DNA of 20,000 nucleotides from an uncultured virus (IMG/VR IMGVR_UViG_3300031787_000018) (Duplodnaviria > Heunggongvirae > Uroviricota > Caudoviricetes), in the IMG/VR virus record IMGVR_UViG_3300031787_000018, positions 112,426-132,425 of that record. The stretch is one strand, 5' to 3'. The position numbers were made by a program, and so were the translations under genes. Of the stretch, positions 15,318 to 20,000 are shown in pieces. The notes below the pieces were generated by a model. The model was not told where the DNA came from. It worked only from the letters and a program-made list of their open reading frames with translations, and did no database searches. Within the stretch, counting starts at the first letter, position 1, and the number at the start of each line of letters is the position of its first letter.

Positions 15318-17840
15318 TTACTCACTTTTATCTTCTTTCTTTTTAGAAGATTTAGGTTTTTTAATTGTAACCTTAATGTCTTCGATTTTGGTATCGTAAG
15401 ATATTGTTACAATATCACCTAATGAGATGTCACCGTCTAAGACTTTTTCCGCGACAGGATCTTCAACGTATTTTTGAATGGCTCTGTTAAGTGGACGTGC
15501 TCCATATTTTTCGTCATAACCTTTTTCAATCAAATACTCTTTTAAAGTATCATCTAATTTAAGAGTATAACCCATTTCTTTCACACGTTCAATTACATCA
15601 TTAAGTGGGATATCGACAATTTTACCAATTTCTTCCTTACCTAAAGATTTGAAAACAATAACGTCATCAAGACGATTTAAAAATTCAGGTGAAAATGCCT
15701 TTTTAAGGGAGTCCTGAATAACATTTTCAGAATCATCATCAATTCTATCAAGTTTAGCTTTGGTACCATACCCTACACCAGTACCAAATTCTTGTAGTTT
15801 ACGAGCTCCTACGTTTGATGTCATAATGATTAAACAGTTTTTAAAATCAACCTTACGACCTAAACCATCACTTAAATGACCATCATCAAAAACTTGTAAA
15901 AGAATGTTGAAAACGTCTGGGTGTGCTTTTTCTACCTCATCCAATAAGATAACAGAAAAAGGTTTTCTTCTGATTTTTTCGGTTAATTGACCACCTTCTT
16001 CGTACCCAACATATCCTGGAGGAGCTCCAATCAGTTTAGATACTGAATGTTTTTCCATGTATTCCGACATATCAACACGAATTAAAGCGTCAGTTGAACC
16101 AAAAATACTTTGAGCCAACATTTTAGCCAAATAAGTTTTACCAACACCAGTAGGACCTAAAAACATAAAAGAACCAATTGGTTTGTTTTTGTTTTTAATA
16201 CCTATTCTATTACGTTTAATAGCTTTGGTAATCTTATCGATAGCGGAATCCTGACCAATAACTTTTTCTTTAATCTCTTTATCCATGGTACGGAGTTTTT
16301 CGGTTTCTGTTTGACCTACTTTGGTTACAGGTATACCAGTTACCATAGATACGACTTTTGCTACGTCATCTTCTGACACAACAGGTCTTGATTTATCCAA
16401 AGATTTTGACCACTCGTTAGTTGCGTTTTCTAACTCATCTTGTAATTTCTTTTCTTCATCACGAAGTTTTGCTGCGTCTTCATAACGTTGAGCCTTCACT
16501 ACATCGATTTTTTGTTGACCTATTTCGGAAATTTTTTCTTCCAAATCCATAATATTTTTTGGTGGTTTGATGTGAACTTGTAGTCTTGCACCAACCTCAT
16601 CCATAATATCAATAGCTTTGTCAGGTTGTTCACGGTCATTAATATAACGGTCAGCTAAATTAACGCAGGCTTCAATAGCTTCGGTTGTATAATTAACCTT
16701 GTGATGGTCTTCGTATTTATTCTTAATATTGTTAAGAATAATCAAAGTTTCATCTTTTGACGGCGGTTCAACAAGTACCATTTGAAAACGTCTAGCTAAA
16801 GCTCCGTCTTTTTCTATGTTTTCACGATACTCATCAAGAGTTGTAGCCCCAATACATTGTATTTCACCCCTCGCTAAAGCTGGTTTAAGAATGTTAGAAG
16901 CGTCCAATGAACCTGAAGCGTTACCGGCTCCAACCATAGTATGAATTTCATCTATGAATAAGATAACATCGTCAGCTTTTTCTAATTCCTGCATGATACC
17001 TTTCATTCTTTCTTCAAATTGTCCACGGTATTTAGTTCCAGCAACTAAAGACGCTAAGTCCAAACTAACCACACGTTTATCAAAAAGAATACGAGGACAT
17101 TTTCTTTCAACAATCTTAAGAGCAAGTCCTTCGACTATTGCTGTTTTACCTACACCTGGTTCCCCAATCAAAATCGGATTGTTCTTTTTACGTCTTGAAA
17201 GAATTTGTGAAACCCTTTCAATTTCATCTGCTCTACCAATAATTGGGTCTATTTGACCGTCAGAGGCTAGTTTAGTAATATCCCTACCAAAGTTATCTAA
17301 GATAGGTGTTGTTGACTTACCCTGTGAAGCTTTTTTAGCTTTCTTACCGTAGTCTTCAATTTCTTCAAAATCTCCTGTCATATTAATTATTTTTTGTTCT
17401 TTTAAATTTAATAAAGTTTCTTTAAAAGTTCTATAGGTTATACCCTGATTTCCTAAAACTTTTGTTCCATCTAATGTACGATTTTTAAGTATTGATAAAA
17501 CAATGTGTTCAACATTTATTGTATCATCCTTTAATTTATCTGATTCCAATTCAGCCGAACTTAAGGCGTGTTTGGAGGATTCACTTAAGGGAACTATTTT
17601 TACTTCTACAATATTAGGGTTTTTTATTTTAAGTCTCAAGTAGCCTTCCAATTTTTCCATTAAATCTGTTACATCTGAACCCATTTCTTTAAAAACATCA
17701 ACCGCACCATTTTCTTTATCATTAAAAACTGCTAATAATATGTGTTCAGGTTTAATTTTGTTGTCATTAAGTCTAATTGATTCCTTAAAAGCACTTTTAA
17801 GAATACCTTTTAATTTAGGTGTCATTTTTTTCATCATCAA
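15318..17840 (-). CDS. clpC: ATP-dependent Clp protease ATP-binding subunit, ClpC type
   Basis: Two Clp-N repeats (EHILL, EHIVL), AAA1 [14 protein letters not shown], short UVR-type middle domain ([11 protein letters not shown]), AAA2 [21 protein letters not shown] pore loop, VGY ClpP-binding-type loop, GARPL. Confidence 0.95.
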   Translation of the reverse strand: MMMKKMTPKLKGILKSAFKESIRLNDNKIKPEHILLAVFNDKENGAVDVFKEMGSDVTDLMEKLEGYLRLKIKNPNIVEVKIVPLSESSKHALSSAELESDKLKDDTINVEHIVLSILKNRTLDGTKVLGNQGITYRTFKETLLNLKEQKIINMTGDFEEIEDYGKKAKKASQGKSTTPILDNFGRDITKLASDGQIDPIIGRADEIERVSQILSRRKKNNPILIGEPGVGKTAIVEGLALKIVERKCPRILFDKRVVSLDLASLVAGTKYRGQFEERMKGIMQELEKADDVILFIDEIHTMVGAGNASGSLDASNILKPALARGEIQCIGATTLDEYRENIEKDGALARRFQMVLVEPPSKDETLIILNNIKNKYEDHHKVNYTTEAIEACVNLADRYINDREQPDKAIDIMDEVGARLQVHIKPPKNIMDLEEKISEIGQQKIDVVKAQRYEDAAKLRDEEKKLQDELENATNEWSKSLDKSRPVVSEDDVAKVVSMVTGIPVTKVGQTETEKLRTMDKEIKEKVIGQDSAIDKITKAIKRNRIGIKNKNKPIGSFMFLGPTGVGKTYLAKMLAQSIFGSTDALIRVDMSEYMEKHSVSKLIGAPPGYVGYEEGGQLTEKIRRKPFSVILLDEVEKAHPDVFNILLQVFDDGHLSDGLGRKVDFKNCLIIMTSNVGARKLQEFGTGVGYGTKAKLDRIDDDSENVIQDSLKKAFSPEFLNRLDDVIVFKSLGKEEIGKIVDIPLNDVIERVKEMGYTLKLDDTLKEYLIEKGYDEKYGARPLNRAIQKYVEDPVAEKVLDGDISLGDIVTISYDTKIEDIKVTIKKPKSSKKKEDKSE

Positions 17841-17960
17841 CCAATTTTATTTCTTGATTAATATATTTAAAAATAAATAAAAGGAAAGTTTTAGATATAA
17901 GGTCTATAAATACTGTTCTTTTTGAAAAAAATTAATTAAGTTTTATAAAAAATTAATATT

Positions 17961-18167
17961 ATGGTCTACAAAAAGGTTACTATTTGGTTTAAAACAGACC
18001 CTACGGCTAGGGAGTTTGATACATCTGTTATTGCAAACGATTATGACAAAGTTTCTGTCACAATTTCTGGTGATTATTTAATTTTATCATTACACGGTGA
18101 AGAAAGTGTTACGACAGAGGTGCATCATTTAAGTACCATAAAAAATTGGATTACATACATGAATTAA
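17961..18167 (+). CDS. hypothetical protein, 68 aa
   Basis: First ORF of a tightly packed rightward operon. Confidence 0.7.
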   Translation: MVYKKVTIWFKTDPTAREFDTSVIANDYDKVSVTISGDYLILSLHGEESVTTEVHHLSTIKNWITYMN

Positions 18168-18168
18168 T

Positions 18169-18471
18169 ATGTTTATAGATAGAAAAGAAAACGAAAACGG
18201 TGTAGTTTCATGCCTATTTAAATCATCAAACATTTTGGCATCTGATTATGATAAAGATAAAAAACAGTTAGTTATTACATTTAATGCAGGACGTAGATAT
18301 ACGTACTCAAATGTAGACCCAAAAGATTATCATAGGTTTGAAATGGCTGAAAGTCAGGGTGAAATGTTTAGTAAACATATTAAAAAATACCCCACAGTTA
18401 AAAACCCAGATGTGGACCCATCAGAATTGTTGAACAGAGTAAATCAAATTTTAAATGAAATTAAAAAATAA
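18169..18471 (+). CDS. KTSC domain protein
   Basis: SSNI..DYD...LVITFNAGRRYTYSNV...AESQGEMFSKHIK matches the KTSC pattern. Confidence 0.88.
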   Translation: MFIDRKENENGVVSCLFKSSNILASDYDKDKKQLVITFNAGRRYTYSNVDPKDYHRFEMAESQGEMFSKHIKKYPTVKNPDVDPSELLNRVNQILNEIKK

Positions 18472-18643
18472 ATATAAAGAAATTAAAACGGGTTTTATCT
18501 TTAAAGTTACGAATTTCACCACCACTTTGGATGGTATTGTGGATACTGTACATTTGAAAAGAATAGATACTGATGATACTTTAGAGGTGGGCGAAGATAG
18601 ATTTCAGAAAAACTTTATAAATGTTTATGATGAACAAAAATGA
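18455..18643 (+). CDS. hypothetical protein, 62 aa
   Basis: Overlaps the KTSC gene and is ATGA-coupled to thyA. Confidence 0.65.
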   Translation: MKLKNKYKEIKTGFIFKVTNFTTTLDGIVDTVHLKRIDTDDTLEVGEDRFQKNFINVYDEQK

Positions 18644-19800
18644 ACGTAATGGATAAACAATACACAGACCTTTTAAAGGATATATTGGAGAATGGTGTCG
18701 AGAAAGATACTAGAAACGGTAAGGTTTTAAGTGTGTTCGGGAGAACAATACGATACAAATTTAAGGATGGAAAATTCCCACTTCTTACGACCAAAAAAAT
18801 GTATTTCAAAGGAATTGTAACAGAATTGTTATGGTTCTTACGTGGTGATACAAACATCAAATACCTTGTTGATAATGATTGTCATATTTGGGATGGTGAT
18901 GCGTATAAGAACTATGAGAAAGAAATTTTAAGACAACGTGAATTACAAAAGAAAGAAGTAGAAAGATTGCGTAATTCTGGTAAGAGAGTTAAAGTATCTC
19001 TAATTGAACTACTATCAAAAGAAGAATTCATAAACAAAATAAAAACAGATGATGAGTTTGCTAAGAAGTGGGGTGAATTAGGTCCAATTTATGGTAAACA
19101 ATGGAGAAGTTGGAATGGGAATGGAAGTCCATTAACAAAAGATTACGAAGGTAATATAAGTTCATATTTAGTTAAACCAATAGACCAAATCGCAAACCTA
19201 ATCCGAGACCTTAAAACAAATCCAGACTCAAGACGATTAATGGTTAATGCTTGGAATGTTGGTGAATTGGATACGATGGTTCTCCCACCATGTCATTATG
19301 GATTTCAAGTTTATACAAGAGAGTTGAGTTTAGAAGAGAGAGAATCTCTAATGGATAAAATCTACGGGTTAAATAAAGAAACAAGACAAGTACCTTGGCA
19401 TATAGTTGATATTGATAAAGCTAACATTCCAACCAGAGCAATCTCTTTACTTTGGAATCAACGCAGCATCGATACTCCATTGGGTTTGCCGTTTAACATA
19501 GCATCATATGGTTTATTATTAGAAATAATTGCTAAAGAGGTTAATATGGTTCCTGATGAGTTAATTGGTAATTTAGGTGATACTCATATCTACTTAAATC
19601 AAATTGATGGTGTTAAAGAACAAATTACACGAGAAGGTTTTGAATTACCTAGATTAAAAATAAAAGGTATAAATGATAATCATATGATATATCCTAAACT
19701 AATACCAACAACTGGTGAGGAGGAATTTTATGAAATATCTGATTTTATATTAGAAGGATATCAATCTCACCCAACAATTAAATTCCCATTATCAAATTAA
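18640..19800 (+). CDS. thyA: thymidylate synthase (ThyA) with variable insertions
   Basis: FPLLTTKK, ELLWFLRG, LGPIYGKQWR, DSRRLMVNAWN, LPPCH, QRSxD..LGLPFNIASY, GDTHIYLNQ. Confidence 0.96.
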   Translation: MNVMDKQYTDLLKDILENGVEKDTRNGKVLSVFGRTIRYKFKDGKFPLLTTKKMYFKGIVTELLWFLRGDTNIKYLVDNDCHIWDGDAYKNYEKEILRQRELQKKEVERLRNSGKRVKVSLIELLSKEEFINKIKTDDEFAKKWGELGPIYGKQWRSWNGNGSPLTKDYEGNISSYLVKPIDQIANLIRDLKTNPDSRRLMVNAWNVGELDTMVLPPCHYGFQVYTRELSLEERESLMDKIYGLNKETRQVPWHIVDIDKANIPTRAISLLWNQRSIDTPLGLPFNIASYGLLLEIIAKEVNMVPDELIGNLGDTHIYLNQIDGVKEQITREGFELPRLKIKGINDNHMIYPKLIPTTGEEEFYEISDFILEGYQSHPTIKFPLSN

Positions 19801-19804
19801 AATT

Positions 19805-20000
19805 ATGTTTTCATCAGGTCATCTTTGGGTAATGATATTAGGAATATTTACTTCCTTAACTTTCATAGTGGGCAGTGCGTATTTTGTATATCAAATGTTC
19901 GCCAAAAACACAAAAGAAATATTAGTACGTTTTATACTTGTCGTGTTTACATCTCTTGTTGCACTTTTTATTGTGGATAAAACAATTGCGTGGAAAGTTT
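19805..20000 (+). CDS. membrane protein, partial (runs off the right edge)
   Basis: ATG 19805 opens MFSSGHLWVMILGIFTSLTFIVGSAYFVYQMFAKNTKEILVRFILVVFTSLVALFIVDKTIAWKV with no stop. Confidence 0.7.
   Translation, partial: MFSSGHLWVMILGIFTSLTFIVGSAYFVYQMFAKNTKEILVRFILVVFTSLVALFIVDKTIAWKV

Noticed and set aside
12564..18860. ORFs 12564..12839(-), 13410..13727(-), 16954..17256(+) and 18615..18860(-)
   Set aside because: Antisense to the DHH gene, clpC and thyA, with no independent support.
18900..19430. Intein or intron in thyA explaining its 386-aa length
   Set aside because: The extra length comes from short in-frame loops. There is no intein C...HN signature and no frame break.

Overview
Very AT-rich, gene-dense segment that looks like a large tailed (jumbo/huge) phage of a Bacteroidota host. 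The basis is Bacteroidota-type -33/-7 promoters, VGIGT/LLPRMT fibre proteins, DUF3310, KTSC, DUF932-like, RadA-like, ClpC and ThyA genes. Standard genetic code. Left to right: small hypothetical genes, two convergent paralogous PD-(D/E)XK-like proteins, a GTKWC-motif acidic protein, a fibre/adhesin cluster with shared modules, a DUF932-like + RadA-like pair, DUF3310, a free-standing Hef-like endonuclease, a DHH phosphoesterase, membrane proteins, a GH73-like muramidase, clpC, KTSC and thyA. The standout is the DHH gene. Its likely true start is ATG 12581, and its first catalytic motif (HQDLDG) is split by an 11-nt gap (CTT-TGAGGGAA-CTT): a Leu codon, a stop, then the same Leu codon in another frame. 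The gap sits at the end of a ~90-nt, almost fully pairable RNA structure and next to a free-standing endonuclease gene. This is a candidate new programmed ribosomal bypass plus homing endonuclease cassette, analogous to T4 gene 60/mobA. All family assignments come from motif recognition by eye, not database searches.
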